This document shows positions 41,359 through 51,609 of a stretch of 56,357 nucleotides of DNA, piece by piece (the stretch's first letter is position 1; each line of letters begins with the position of its first letter). The position numbers were made by a program, and so were the translations under genes. The DNA lies in NCBI GenBank assembly GCA_963827755.1, contig CAWHCQ010000030.1:1-56357 (forward strand), in the 5' to 3' direction. Source of the stretch: an uncultured Gammaproteobacteria bacterium (lineage in GTDB: Bacteria > Pseudomonadota > Gammaproteobacteria > UBA9214). The notes beneath the pieces are model-generated. The model did not search any database. It was not told where the DNA came from and worked only from the letters and a program-made list of their open reading frames with translations.

Positions 41359-42504
41359 ATGCCACACAGATTTATTTACCTTGTGTTTACAGTGCTTTGC
41401 CTGCTCTGTCACACCGTCGCTCAGGCCGCATCCCTGCCCATTCCAAAGCCACCGTCAACAGGTGCCAGTGCTTTCATAATCCAGGATTTCAACAGTGGCA
41501 AGATCCTGGCCGAGGACAACTCCAGCGAGCCTGTCGAACCTGCCAGTATCACCAAGCTGATGACTGCCTATGTTATTTTCAGCGAACTGGATTCCGGTAA
41601 TATCGCCCTGAAAGACCTGGTAACCATCAGTGAAAAAGCCTGGCGTACCCCCGGCTCGCGCATGTTTGTCGAAGTCGGCACAAAGGTGTCAATTGAAGAC
41701 CTGTTGCAGGGAATCATCATCCAGTCCGGTAATGATGCAACAGTCGCCATGGCGGAACACATCGCGGGCAGTGAAGAGACCTTTGCGGCACTGATGAACC
41801 GGCATGCCGAAAAGCTTGGCCTGAGCGGCAGCCACTTTGTGAACTCAACCGGACTGCCGGACCCTGAGCACTATATGACAGCCAGGGACATTGCACGGCT
41901 GGCAGCATTGTTGATCTCAGACTACCCGGAATACTACAAGTGGTATTCACAAAAAGAATTCACCTACAACAAGATTACCCAGTACAACCGCAATAAATTA
42001 CTCTGGCGTGACGGCAGTGTTGACGGGGTTAAAACCGGCCATACTGATGCTGCCGGCTATTGCCTGGTCACCTCGGCCAAAAAGGAAGACATGCGCCTGA
42101 TCACCGTGGTTCTCGGGACTTCAAGCAACAACGCCCGCGTGGATTCGAGCCAGGCCCTGCTCAACTATGGCTTTCGTTTCTTCGAGACCCATAAACTCTA
42201 CGAGTCGGGATTCCAGCTCAGCAATACCCGTGTCTGGAAAGGTGATATCGAGAATGCTTCTCTTGGCCTTGACAGGGCCCTGTACGTCACCATCCCGCGG
42301 GGGCAGTACGACTCGCTGGATGCTTCAATGAGTATCAATAACAGAATAATCGCTCCTGTTCCGGCCGGGACAGCGCTTGGCATGGTACAGATAAAACTGG
42401 GCGACGAGATAGTTGCCGAACAGGAACTGGTCAGCCTGAATGCTATTGAAGAGGGTTCATTCTGGCAACGCATCTCTGACGAAGCCCTGCTCTATTTCGA
42501 ATAG
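41359..42504 (+). CDS. dacA: D-alanyl-D-alanine carboxypeptidase (PBP5/6 family)
   Basis: PASITKLMT, SGNDA and KTGHT. Confidence 0.9.
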   Translation: MPHRFIYLVFTVLCLLCHTVAQAASLPIPKPPSTGASAFIIQDFNSGKILAEDNSSEPVEPASITKLMTAYVIFSELDSGNIALKDLVTISEKAWRTPGSRMFVEVGTKVSIEDLLQGIIIQSGNDATVAMAEHIAGSEETFAALMNRHAEKLGLSGSHFVNSTGLPDPEHYMTARDIARLAALLISDYPEYYKWYSQKEFTYNKITQYNRNKLLWRDGSVDGVKTGHTDAAGYCLVTSAKKEDMRLITVVLGTSSNNARVDSSQALLNYGFRFFETHKLYESGFQLSNTRVWKGDIENASLGLDRALYVTIPRGQYDSLDASMSINNRIIAPVPAGTALGMVQIKLGDEIVAEQELVSLNAIEEGSFWQRISDEALLYFE

Positions 42505-42516
42505 ACTCGCCCTGAT

Positions 42517-43380
42517 GTGAGCATCGCCTATCTAAATGGTACGTTTCTGCCGATTGACCAGGCCCATGTTTCCGTCATGGACCGGGGCTTTCTCTTCGGC
42601 GATGGCGTCTACGAAGTCATCCCTGTTTATGGCAAGCAGCTGTTTCGGCTTGCACACCATCTAAGGCGCCTGCAGAACAGTCTTGACGCTGTCCGTATCG
42701 GTAATCCGCTTTCCGATACAGAGTGGGAAAACGTACTTACCGGACTGGTCACAAGAAACAGCGGCAGTGAACAGGCCATCTACCTGCAGGTCACCCGCGG
42801 CATCGCTGCAAAACGTGACCATGCCTTTCCAAAAGACATCACGCCGACCGTGTTCGCCATGAGTACGCCGGGCCTGCCCGCCGTTGATATTGAATCAGTG
42901 ACCGGCATCCAGGCCGTCACCCTGGAAGACAGCCGCTGGAAACACTGCAATATCAAGGCCATTACACTATTGCCCAATGTCCTGCTGCGACAGGAAGCCA
43001 TCGATGCCGGTACCGCAGAGGCCATCCTGATAAAAGACGGCTTCGCAATAGAAGGCGCAGCCAGCAATGTCTTTATAGTTCACAACGGGCTGGTGATCAC
43101 GCCACCCAACGGCCCTGCACTGCTACCCGGCATCACCCGTGACCTGATCCTGGAACTCGCTGCAAGGAATTCCATTCCGTATCGGGAAGCTGACATCCCC
43201 CTTGAAGACCTGCAGTCTGCAGATGAAATATGGGTGACCAGTTCTACACGGGAGATCTCCCCGGTCATTCGGCTTGATGACATCACTGTCGGCAATGGAA
43301 CCCCGGGGCCTCTCTGGAAACGCATGATCACCCTGTACCAGGCGTACAAGGAAGCCCTCGGAAAAGGCGAGGCCGACTGA
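42517..43380 (+). CDS. dat: D-amino acid aminotransferase (class IV)
   Basis: DRGFLFGDGVYEV, IKAITLLPNVL, EGAASNVF and LPGITR. Confidence 0.88.
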   Translation: MSIAYLNGTFLPIDQAHVSVMDRGFLFGDGVYEVIPVYGKQLFRLAHHLRRLQNSLDAVRIGNPLSDTEWENVLTGLVTRNSGSEQAIYLQVTRGIAAKRDHAFPKDITPTVFAMSTPGLPAVDIESVTGIQAVTLEDSRWKHCNIKAITLLPNVLLRQEAIDAGTAEAILIKDGFAIEGAASNVFIVHNGLVITPPNGPALLPGITRDLILELAARNSIPYREADIPLEDLQSADEIWVTSSTREISPVIRLDDITVGNGTPGPLWKRMITLYQAYKEALGKGEAD

Positions 43381-43478
43381 ATATCAGTCCTGGAAGGTTG
43401 TTCCAATAACCGGTGTATTACCCCTGCTTGCTTCAAGCGCTTTCAAATCTCTGCAGGAGCAATAGGAGCACCGTAAGG

Positions 43479-44078
43479 CTAACCCAGCGCAATGCCTGAC
43501 AGCCTGTTACCACAATCGTCGCGCAGGTAGACCAGCGCACCTGAATCGGTTATTTCCAGTTCAAGTCGTACATCGGCAATCGAATTATGGCCGGACATCC
43601 CTTCCGGCCGAAACAGGATTGCCGGTGTTTTCCCGACGCTTGCCGCCTTCTTCAGCTTTTTCTCCATCAACTCGGTCGCACAGCTCGGCCAGGCCAACAC
43701 GATGCTGCATTTACCGGTACGCATCAGCGATTCAACCGTCCACAGACCACTGCGACCCGGATGCGGGTTGACCTGCAGGACCCGGGAAGTATCCATGCCG
43801 GTGGCAGTCAATACCCGGGCACGCGGCTCATAGGGTGGTGTGACCATGACAAGCCAGCGACCCTGGCGGCTCAGGCGTACCAGTGCCGGCAACAACATGG
43901 AAATGGCATCCGCATGTGCATTCGGGACTGTGATCTCGACCAGCCCTGCCCTCGGCAAACCGCCACCGGGCAGCAGTTCATCCAGCGCAGCTGTCGCGGT
44001 GGGAATCACCAGTGACGAACCCCTTGATACCTTGTTTTCCCAGGCATTGAGGTGATGTAAAGCCGGTGCTGTATTCAT
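43479..44078 (-). CDS. ImuA/SulA-like RecA-fold SOS protein
   Basis: IPTATAALDELLPGGGLPRAGLVEI, LLPALVRLS..GRWLV.V.PP. Its start overlaps the lexA stop. Confidence 0.75.
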   Translation of the reverse strand: MNTAPALHHLNAWENKVSRGSSLVIPTATAALDELLPGGGLPRAGLVEITVPNAHADAISMLLPALVRLSRQGRWLVMVTPPYEPRARVLTATGMDTSRVLQVNPHPGRSGLWTVESLMRTGKCSIVLAWPSCATELMEKKLKKAASVGKTPAILFRPEGMSGHNSIADVRLELEITDSGALVYLRDDCGNRLSGIALG

Positions 44079-44686
44079 CAGCCAATCTCCTTGCGCAGTA
44101 TTCCAACACCCAGGCCTTCAATCGCCAGAGACTGCTCGCGCAGATCTACCCGGATGGGGTCATAGTCAGGATTTTCCGGCATCAGGCGTACGATCGAGCC
44201 ACGCTGGCGGAAACGTTTAACAGTCACTTCATCATCGATGCGTGCAACCACGATCTGGCCATTTTCTGCATACGGGGTGTGGTGTACGGCGAGCAGGTCG
44301 CCATCCTTGATACCGATATCCTTCATACTGTCGCCTTTCACGCGCAACAGGTAGTCCGCACGTGGATGGAAGGTATCGGCATTCAGCTGGCAGTAATCCT
44401 CGATATTCTGCTCTGCCAGGACGGGTTCACCCGCCGCGACACGACCAACCACCGGCAGACCGTAGTCTTCATCAAGCAGGCGAATTCCGCGGGATGCGCC
44501 GGGAACCAGTTCGATGACACCCTTGCGTTGCAGCGCGCGCAGATGGTCCTCCGCGGCATTCGGGGAACGGAACCCAAGGGTTGCAGCGATCTCGGCGCGG
44601 GTGGGCGGGCAACCCTCTTCGGCAATGTAGCCGCGTATCAACTCGAGAATTTCCGCCTGCCGTGCGGTCAGCGTGTCTCTGCTCAT
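44078..44686 (-). CDS. lexA: SOS repressor LexA
   Basis: [16 protein letters not shown] cleavage site, GDSM and VTVKR. Confidence 0.97.
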   Translation of the reverse strand: MSRDTLTARQAEILELIRGYIAEEGCPPTRAEIAATLGFRSPNAAEDHLRALQRKGVIELVPGASRGIRLLDEDYGLPVVGRVAAGEPVLAEQNIEDYCQLNADTFHPRADYLLRVKGDSMKDIGIKDGDLLAVHHTPYAENGQIVVARIDDEVTVKRFRQRGSIVRLMPENPDYDPIRVDLREQSLAIEGLGVGILRKEIG

Positions 44687-44696
44687 AACTTTTTCA

Positions 44697-44731
44697 CTGG
44701 TTATCCATACAGTTGCTGTGATTATATCCAG
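44697..44731. promoter_or_regulatory. Two tandem LexA (SOS) boxes
   Basis: CTGgttatccataCAG (44697-44712) and CTGtgattatatcCAG (44716-44731) fit CTG-N10-CAG. Confidence 0.9.
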
Positions 44732-44908
44732 TAGTCCACGGGATGCAATAAATATTTTAAGTTATTGTTTATAAGGTATATTAAGATATTCAGGGCCCTC
44801 ACTCACCGGCCTCGTGACGATCATTACAGGTGCCCGAGAGGGAAACAGGCTCCTGTGTCAGCTGGAAAATTCGTCTATTATGGACGCCCCTTAACCAGAC
44901 CATTTCCT

Positions 44909-46147
44909 ATGTCCGCCCTCGCCAGTCCTGTAAATCCCCGCCATACCGTCGCTGTTGCTGTCGGCAACGTCATCGTCGGTGGCACTGCACCTGTTGTCGT
45001 GCAGTCCATGACGAATACGGATACGGCTGATATTGACGCCACAGTGCAACAGGTCACTGAACTTGCCCACGCAGGCTCCGAACTGGTCCGCATCACCGTC
45101 AACTCGGAGGCTGCCGCGCATGCCGTCGCCGAGATCGCCGCAAGACTCCACCGCAACGGGGAAAATATACCCCTGGTCGGCGACTTCCATTTCAACGGCC
45201 ACAAGTTGCTGGCGAAATACCCGCAGTGCGCGCAGGCACTGGCAAAGTACCGCATCAACCCGGGTAATGTCGGTCGCGGCAAGAAACGCGACGAGCAGTT
45301 CGCCAGCATGATCGATGCCGCGTGCCGCCATGAAAAGCCGGTACGCATCGGCGTCAACTGGGGCAGTCTCGACCAGGCACTGGTCGCGCGGCTGATGGAT
45401 GAAAATTCCCGACTGGCAGAACCCAAAGATGCGCAGACCCTGATGCACGAAATAATGGTGACCTCGGCGCTGGAAAGCGCCGCGCAGGCCGAGGAACTCG
45501 GACTGCCGCGCAACAGGATCACCCTGTCGGCGAAGATGAGCGGCGTGCAGGACCTGATTTCCGTCTACCGGGAACTCTCCGCCCGCTGTGATTATGCCCT
45601 GCACCTCGGCCTGACCGAGGCCGGCATGGGCTCGAAGGGCATCGTCGCCTCCACGGCCGCCCTGGCGGTGCTGCTGCAGGAAGGCATCGGTGACACGATA
45701 CGCATTTCACTGACACCGGAGCCGGGTGGCGACCGCACCCGTGAAGTAATCGTTGCCCAGGAAATACTGCAATCCATGGGGCTGCGCCACTTCACCCCGG
45801 CCGTGGTCGCCTGTCCGGGCTGCGGGCGCACCACCAGCCACACCTTTCAGCAACTGGCGCAGGACATCCAGGATCACCTGCGCAGGCAAATGCCGGTGTG
45901 GCGCGGCCGGTACAACGGCGTTGAGGAAATGACCGTGGCCATCATGGGCTGCGTGGTGAACGGTCCGGGCGAAAGCAAACATGCCAACATCGGCATCAGC
46001 CTGCCGGGCACGGGTGAAATACCGGTAGCCCCGGTGTATGTCGACGGCGAGAAGACCGTCACCCTCAAGGGCGAGCGCATCGCGGAAGACTTCCAGCAGA
46101 TAGTGGACGACTATGTCGCGCAACGCTACGGAGCAGATACACCCTAG
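44909..46147 (+). CDS. ispG: HMBPP synthase (flavodoxin/ferredoxin-dependent)
   Basis: [31 protein letters not shown] and [10 protein letters not shown]. Confidence 0.96.
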   Translation: MSALASPVNPRHTVAVAVGNVIVGGTAPVVVQSMTNTDTADIDATVQQVTELAHAGSELVRITVNSEAAAHAVAEIAARLHRNGENIPLVGDFHFNGHKLLAKYPQCAQALAKYRINPGNVGRGKKRDEQFASMIDAACRHEKPVRIGVNWGSLDQALVARLMDENSRLAEPKDAQTLMHEIMVTSALESAAQAEELGLPRNRITLSAKMSGVQDLISVYRELSARCDYALHLGLTEAGMGSKGIVASTAALAVLLQEGIGDTIRISLTPEPGGDRTREVIVAQEILQSMGLRHFTPAVVACPGCGRTTSHTFQQLAQDIQDHLRRQMPVWRGRYNGVEEMTVAIMGCVVNGPGESKHANIGISLPGTGEIPVAPVYVDGEKTVTLKGERIAEDFQQIVDDYVAQRYGADTP

Positions 46148-46375
46148 CAGCAAGCAGGCGTCTTGACCTGAAGAAAATCTCCGCCGGGACGCAACATCGC
46201 CGCCGCTTGTTCAACAGGCCGCCGGCGAGCATCGGCCTGCCTCCAGCTTGACCGGCCTGCGCATGATTTATAGCAGCTAACTGTTTTGCCTGACCTTTTA
46301 TGCCTAAAGAATCTCCGTGCAATGCCGCTAATGGATCAAGGGAGAACTTTATCCCGCACAATCGAGGGGTGTGTC

Positions 46376-46564
46376 ATGAAGCATACCAAGGACAGGCGAG
46401 CACCACGCGCCACGGCCCTGTTTCCATTCAGAGACAATACCGACAGGCATCAATACGACCGGCGGAAAACGGCTGAACCGACCAAGGAAAACCTGGTCGC
46501 GGAAGAACGACAGCTGCTGTTCTCGGAGATGCCGGCACCGATCCCGGAAAGCGACGAGGACTGA
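46376..46564 (+). CDS. Small hypothetical protein with DRR motifs (62 aa)
   Basis: GAGGGG RBS before the ATG, followed by a terminator; KDRR...FPFRDN...YDRRK. Confidence 0.55.
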   Translation: MKHTKDRRAPRATALFPFRDNTDRHQYDRRKTAEPTKENLVAEERQLLFSEMPAPIPESDED

Positions 46565-46574
46565 GCATATCAAT

Positions 46575-46607
46575 AAAAAAAGGGCGATCCACAGGGTCGC
46601 CCTTTTT
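46575..46607. terminator. Bidirectional intrinsic terminator
   Basis: A7-gggcgat...gtcgccc-T5 between the small ORF and tRNA-Thr. Confidence 0.85.
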
Positions 46608-46629
46608 CATGTTGCCTTGAAAATCAATA

Positions 46630-46705
46630 TGGAGCCGGCGAGAGGAGTCGAACCCCCGACATCTTCATTACAAGTGAAGCGCTCTACCAACTGAGCTACG
46701 CCGGC
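46630..46705 (-). tRNA. tRNA-Thr(TGT)
   Basis: GCCGGCGTAGCTCAGTTGGTAGAGCG-CTTCA CTTGTAA TGAAG...GGTTCGACTCC...GCCGGCTCCA, 76 nt. Confidence 0.95.
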
Positions 46706-46780
46706 ATGCCCTGCCTGGCGCAGGGGCGCCTATTCTAGTGAATTGGCCGGGCAGGAGCAATCATCCCCGGCCTGACCGTG

Positions 46781-47533
46781 TTAATAGCAGGTTTGCTCCT
46801 GCAGCCGGATTCCCGGATATTCCTGCATCACTGCACCCAGATCGACGGCATTGCTTGTTTGCCGGTCAATATCCAGCCAATGGACGGTCTGTATGGCATA
46901 ACGGGGTTCGATTACCGCCTTCAGGTCCAGCTTGCTGACCTGTTCCAGACGCACTTCAGCCCGCGACATCTCCTTGAAGATCCCAAGGGAGATATAATTA
47001 TCCTTGCCTATGTAGTACTCCTTATCCTTGTGCTCGTCGAGTTTGCGCTTTATTTTTTGTGCCTCTGAATATTTCATGGCTGGCAGAAAGACCCAATAGC
47101 CGGTCGCTTCCTGAATTTCAGAGATGCGGTGCCTGGGTTCAAGCCCCAGTTCATCGAGTTTGCTGCCAAGAGACTTGAGTTGAGCAACCGCCAGAATCGG
47201 GCCGAGCGTGCGGCAGGTAACCGCGCCACCACCGCCAGGAGGCTGCAGTTCGTTCAATGACTCGAGCATGGCAAACTGTTCAAGCGGTTCTGCGAAGCCC
47301 TGATCGGTGCCCGGTTCCGGCATTGTTTCAGACCCGGGTTCAGATCCTGTTTCAGGCACCGGTGCCTGTTCCTGCTTCTGTTCCATTTCCTGCAGGGTCA
47401 CCAGCGGCTTTGCAGTCACAGGCAATGCGGGCAAGGCGCGTTCAACCCCGCCCTGCTTCTGGATCTGCAACATATGCCAGCCAAAGAAAACAAGGTTCGC
47501 CACCAGTAAAAGGTATATCACGTGTCGCATCAA
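46781..47533 (-). CDS. SPOR-domain membrane protein downstream of coaX
   Basis: N-terminal anchor LLLVANLVFFGW; CRTLGP, YWVFLP and ISLGIF; synteny. Confidence 0.8.
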   Translation of the reverse strand: MMRHVIYLLLVANLVFFGWHMLQIQKQGGVERALPALPVTAKPLVTLQEMEQKQEQAPVPETGSEPGSETMPEPGTDQGFAEPLEQFAMLESLNELQPPGGGGAVTCRTLGPILAVAQLKSLGSKLDELGLEPRHRISEIQEATGYWVFLPAMKYSEAQKIKRKLDEHKDKEYYIGKDNYISLGIFKEMSRAEVRLEQVSKLDLKAVIEPRYAIQTVHWLDIDRQTSNAVDLGAVMQEYPGIRLQEQTCY

Positions 47534-48273
47534 AACTCTCCTGCAAGCATAGCCAGGCCCTTCAGGACCAGATCCGGGTCATGGCGGGTTGAACAGGTCA
47601 ATAATGACTGTATCTGTCCTGCATCTCCACCTGTAATTATCACTTCGGGACGGGTTCCGGCGGCAACCTCGATATCCGCGATAATACGCTCGATCGCAGC
47701 GGTAACCATATAGACGGCACCGCCATGCACCGCAGCAGCGGTCCCCGTGGCAAATAATTGCGCAGACTGCGGCCCGCCCGACAGCTTGATATCCGCCGTA
47801 TTATTCAAAAGCATTCGCTCCAGCATGGCAACCCCCGGCAAAATCATGCCCCCCCGGTGGTCGCCACCGGCAGCGAGAAAATCCACTGTCACCGCCGTTC
47901 CACAGTCAACAATGCATACCGCACCGCTGGCAGAGGCATGCGCTGCAATCAATGCCGCCCAACGATCCACACCCAGATCAGCCGGCCTCGAATAGGCATT
48001 GGTGACGCCCAGGACCTTGTCCGCGGCACTCATATACACCGGCTTGAGGCCCCAGCGGGCCTGCGCCCAGCGACTGAGCGTATCCTGCATGACACTGCCT
48101 GCAACATTGGCTACCACGACCCTGGCCGGCGTCTGCAGATCACGCCATGCCGCCCCGGCGAGCGTTTCGAAGTCACCCCCCTGATGCTGAAAGCGGCCGG
48201 CGGCTCCCATCACCGGGGGCTCGCATATGGCCCACTTGACGGAGGTATTGCCAACATCCAGCAATAACATCAC
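47530..48273 (-). CDS. coaX: Type III pantothenate kinase
   Basis: LLDVGNTSVKW, LGVDRW, VDCGTAVTVD and ITGGDA. Confidence 0.95.
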   Translation of the reverse strand: MMLLLDVGNTSVKWAICEPPVMGAAGRFQHQGGDFETLAGAAWRDLQTPARVVVANVAGSVMQDTLSRWAQARWGLKPVYMSAADKVLGVTNAYSRPADLGVDRWAALIAAHASASGAVCIVDCGTAVTVDFLAAGGDHRGGMILPGVAMLERMLLNNTADIKLSGGPQSAQLFATGTAAAVHGGAVYMVTAAIERIIADIEVAAGTRPEVIITGGDAGQIQSLLTCSTRHDPDLVLKGLAMLAGEF

Positions 48274-49250
48274 GATGAAACCCTGACACTGACTTCACCG
48301 AATGCAAAACGCCTGCATCCCGTGGACGTCTCGACCAGCAGCGCGCCCGCCGGGTCAATGCCACGACCCTTGCCCCTGATCACCTCATCAGGCAACTGCA
48401 ACTCGATCTGCCGACCCTTGACAATATCGTACTGACGCCACTCTTCCATAAAGGGCTGCATCCCCTCTGACTCGAATAGTTCGATCGCGGGCACCAACTG
48501 ATCCAGCAGGCTTGCAGCGAGCCGGTTACGCGAGATATCAGCACGCCCCGTCAATGTATGCAAATCAACCCATGGCTGGTCAATCCCCGCGGCCGCCGGC
48601 TGTGACATGCAAACATTGAGTCCAATGCCGACAACCACGGCACATGGCCCGCTGGACTCGCCCTTTACATCAATCAATATTCCGGCCAGCTTTGCTCCGT
48701 TCACGAGTATATCATTCGGCCACTTCAGGCCTGCCTGGTGAATGCCGAGCGGCTGCAGGCTCCTGAGAACGGCTATACCTGTCACCAGGCTCAGGCCACC
48801 AAGTGCCGCCGCGCCCGAACGGAAATGCATCAGTAATGACAGGTACAGGTTTTCAGCAAACGGTGACGCCCATGTGCGGCCATGGCGTCCACGTCCTGCA
48901 GACTGCTGCTCCGCAACACAAACGGCATGGGTCGGCGCACCCTCCAGGGCCTGCTCACGCAGGCGGTTATTGGTTGAATCAACCGTCAGCAACACCTCGA
49001 CCGGACCAAGGCGGGCCCGTGTCTGCGCAGCAAGCGCGGAGAGGATAAGTTGATCGTCCAGCAGTTCGACGGGTGCCGGCAGGCGATAACCCTTGCCACG
49101 CACAACCTCGAAGGCTATTCCCGTCTCGCGCAGCGCCTTCAGGTGCTTCCATATGGCCATTCTGGTAATACCCAGCGCTTCACCCAGTGCTTCACCGGAA
49201 TGAAATTCCCCGTCAGAGAGTCGTTTCAACAAGTGCTTTCTTGTTTGCAT
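48270..49250 (-). CDS. birA: Bifunctional biotin ligase/repressor
   Basis: HTH FHSGEALG, QSAGRGRHGRTW, LKWPND and KLAGILI. Confidence 0.96.
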   Translation of the reverse strand: MQTRKHLLKRLSDGEFHSGEALGEALGITRMAIWKHLKALRETGIAFEVVRGKGYRLPAPVELLDDQLILSALAAQTRARLGPVEVLLTVDSTNNRLREQALEGAPTHAVCVAEQQSAGRGRHGRTWASPFAENLYLSLLMHFRSGAAALGGLSLVTGIAVLRSLQPLGIHQAGLKWPNDILVNGAKLAGILIDVKGESSGPCAVVVGIGLNVCMSQPAAAGIDQPWVDLHTLTGRADISRNRLAASLLDQLVPAIELFESEGMQPFMEEWRQYDIVKGRQIELQLPDEVIRGKGRGIDPAGALLVETSTGCRRFAFGEVSVRVSS

Positions 49251-49319
49251 TACAGTGGCTGACCCGCTGACAAATCAACCAGGCGATTCCGATGACCGGC
49301 AATCGATCTTCTCTCTGCG

Positions 49320-49943
49320 CTACCTGGAGATGCCATAGATTACATTTTGCGCAACAGAGCGCACCAGTTCATTCGGTGACTCATCATTTGTTTCAATGCA
49401 CCCGACCTGCCTGGCGGCAAGCAGCAGCGCCAGGCCATGCATCGATGCCCATGCTACCAGTGCCAGTTCACGCGGATCACGGTCCCGAAAGACACCTGTG
49501 CCGATCCCTGACCTGATAATATCAACCAGCGACTCAAACACCGGCATGGGTGCCTGCCGGGAGGCCTCGTCATTCGGCTGTTCGATTCCTGCAGCAAACA
49601 TCAGTTGCATCAATTCAGGATTGCGCACCGCCAGGCGCACGTAGGCAACGCCGGCCTCCACCAGTTTCTGCTCCGGATCATGTGCGATCCGCCCGGCTGC
49701 CGTTTCGATCACAGCGTGCAGCCGCTCAAACCCGGATTCTGCCATGGCCCGCAGCAGATCAGCCTTGCCCTTGAAATGCCGGTAGGGCGCAGCATGACTG
49801 ACACCGGCCTGTTTTGCGACTTCACGCAAGCTCAGCGCCGCCACTCCTCTTTTGACCAGCAACTGTTCACCGGCCTCCAGCAAGGCGTTCCTGAGATCGC
49901 CGTGGTGATAGCTGTTTGTCGGGTTCAAGGATGGCCTGTGCAC
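49320..49943 (-). CDS. TetR/AcrR-family regulator (WHG type)
   Basis: YHHGDLRNALL, LSLREVAKQAGVSHAAPYRHF and WASMHG. Confidence 0.9.
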   Translation of the reverse strand: MHRPSLNPTNSYHHGDLRNALLEAGEQLLVKRGVAALSLREVAKQAGVSHAAPYRHFKGKADLLRAMAESGFERLHAVIETAAGRIAHDPEQKLVEAGVAYVRLAVRNPELMQLMFAAGIEQPNDEASRQAPMPVFESLVDIIRSGIGTGVFRDRDPRELALVAWASMHGLALLLAARQVGCIETNDESPNELVRSVAQNVIYGISR

Positions 49944-49964
49944 TGTCGGGTAGCCTTCTCACCG

Positions 49965-49983
49965 ATGTTATCAGTGTAAACAT
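49965..49983. promoter_or_regulatory. Putative TetR operator
   Basis: Imperfect palindrome atgttatca-g-tgtaaacat just upstream of the tetR start. Confidence 0.5.
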
Positions 49984-50161
49984 TGCTGATTATATTATAC
50001 TTTCATGCTTATCCGGGCCATTGCGGAAAATATTTCTGCAGCCGCCGCCAGCGTAGCCCCGAAAACAGTGCCTGACACCAAATAATCCCTTCATTAGATG
50101 TACTCTGTGGGTTAGCGATTATTTGGCAGCCTTTCGAGTGTGCCCTGGACAGTGAAACAGA

Positions 50162-50809
50162 CTAGCTGCAACGCACCCCGGTGCCACCCAGGCCACAGTA
50201 ACCACGGGGGTTTTTGGCGAGGTATTGCTGGTGATAATCCTCGGCATAGTAAAATTCAGGGGCATCGATAATTTCAGTCGTAATTGCCGCAAAACCGGCC
50301 TCAATGAGGCGTGCCTGAAAATGCTGCTGCGATGCCAGTGCGGCGGCTTTTTGGGCCTCGTTAAACACATAGATACCGGAACGATACTGGGTACCGACAT
50401 CATTACCCTGGCGCATGCCCTGGGTTGGGTCATGGGCCTCCCAAAAGACTGTCAGCAGCCCGGCATATGAAATAACAGCCGGATCAAAAACCACCAGCAC
50501 AACCTCGTTATGCCCTGTCATACCTGTACATATTTCCTGGTAGGTCGGGTTCGGGGTAAAACCGCCTGCGTATCCTGCCGCCGTGGTGTAGACGCCGCCG
50601 GTTTCCCAGAACTTGCGCTCGGCACCCCAGAAACAACCCAGACCGAACAGTGCGATTTCCATGCCCTCGGGGAAAGGTGGCTGCAATGAATGACCCGTAA
50701 CAAAATGCCGCTCCGGCACTGCCATGCGTTCACTGCGACCCGGCAAGGCCTCTGCCCGGGTTGGCATCGCAGTCTTTTTTTCCGTCCCGAACATAATCAA
50801 CCCCGTCAT
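50162..50809 (-). CDS. msrA: Peptide-methionine (S)-S-oxide reductase
   Basis: [25 protein letters not shown] and GYCGLGGTG. Confidence 0.96.
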   Translation of the reverse strand: MTGLIMFGTEKKTAMPTRAEALPGRSERMAVPERHFVTGHSLQPPFPEGMEIALFGLGCFWGAERKFWETGGVYTTAAGYAGGFTPNPTYQEICTGMTGHNEVVLVVFDPAVISYAGLLTVFWEAHDPTQGMRQGNDVGTQYRSGIYVFNEAQKAAALASQQHFQARLIEAGFAAITTEIIDAPEFYYAEDYHQQYLAKNPRGYCGLGGTGVRCS

Positions 50810-50895
50810 GTTGTTGTATTACAGCCTGACCAGCCAGCGCATATGCCATACTACGACAACATTATAATATCAGCGACCAGGGGAATACCCGTATC

Positions 50896-51558
50896 GTGAG
50901 CACGACAAAACCCGGCACCCCGCCCGATGCACTGATGCTGCTGGGGACGCATTGTCCACATTGCCCGTCTGTATTAGACGGGCTTGCAACACTGGTCAAG
51001 GCCGGGAAAATCGGTACCTTGAAGATCATCAACATCGAGCAGCGTCCTGATCTCGCCAGCGAACTGGGCGTGCGCACGGTACCCTGGGTCCGCCTGGGAG
51101 CCTTTGAACTGGAAGGCTTGCACTCCGCAAAGGAACTGGAAAAATGGGCTGAAAATGCAGATTCTGAAGCAGGCATGTCCGCCTGGCTGGATGAGTTGCT
51201 CGCCAACGGCAACATCGGCAAGGCCAGCCGGCTGATTCAATCCAGCCCCGATGCCATTCATGCCCTGCTGGCACTGTTTGCAGACCCGGATGTACAGCTC
51301 AATACCCGGATTGGGATCAGCGCCATCATGGAAGAACTCCAGGACAGCAGCAAGTTGAAAAACATCGTAGATAGCCTCGGGGCACTCACCCGCCACGAAG
51401 ATGCCCGCATTCGCGGCGATGCCTGCCATTACCTGGCCCTTTCCGGCGAGCAACAGGCAAGGCAATTCATTAAACCACTATTACAGGACAAGGACCCCGA
51501 CACGCAGGAACTGGCGAAAGAAAGCCTGCTGATGCTCGATGACCTGCAAAACAAATAA
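50896..51558 (+). CDS. Thioredoxin-fold (CPHC) protein with C-terminal HEAT repeats
   Basis: HCPHCP, cis-Pro loop VRTVP, and HEAT-like ARIRGDACHYLAL...LLQDKDPDTQELAKE. Confidence 0.8.
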   Translation: MSTTKPGTPPDALMLLGTHCPHCPSVLDGLATLVKAGKIGTLKIINIEQRPDLASELGVRTVPWVRLGAFELEGLHSAKELEKWAENADSEAGMSAWLDELLANGNIGKASRLIQSSPDAIHALLALFADPDVQLNTRIGISAIMEELQDSSKLKNIVDSLGALTRHEDARIRGDACHYLALSGEQQARQFIKPLLQDKDPDTQELAKESLLMLDDLQNK

Positions 51559-51609
51559 AATGAGTACAATGAACCGGACAACAGCAAGCATCAATCAATG
51601 GAGCCAATC

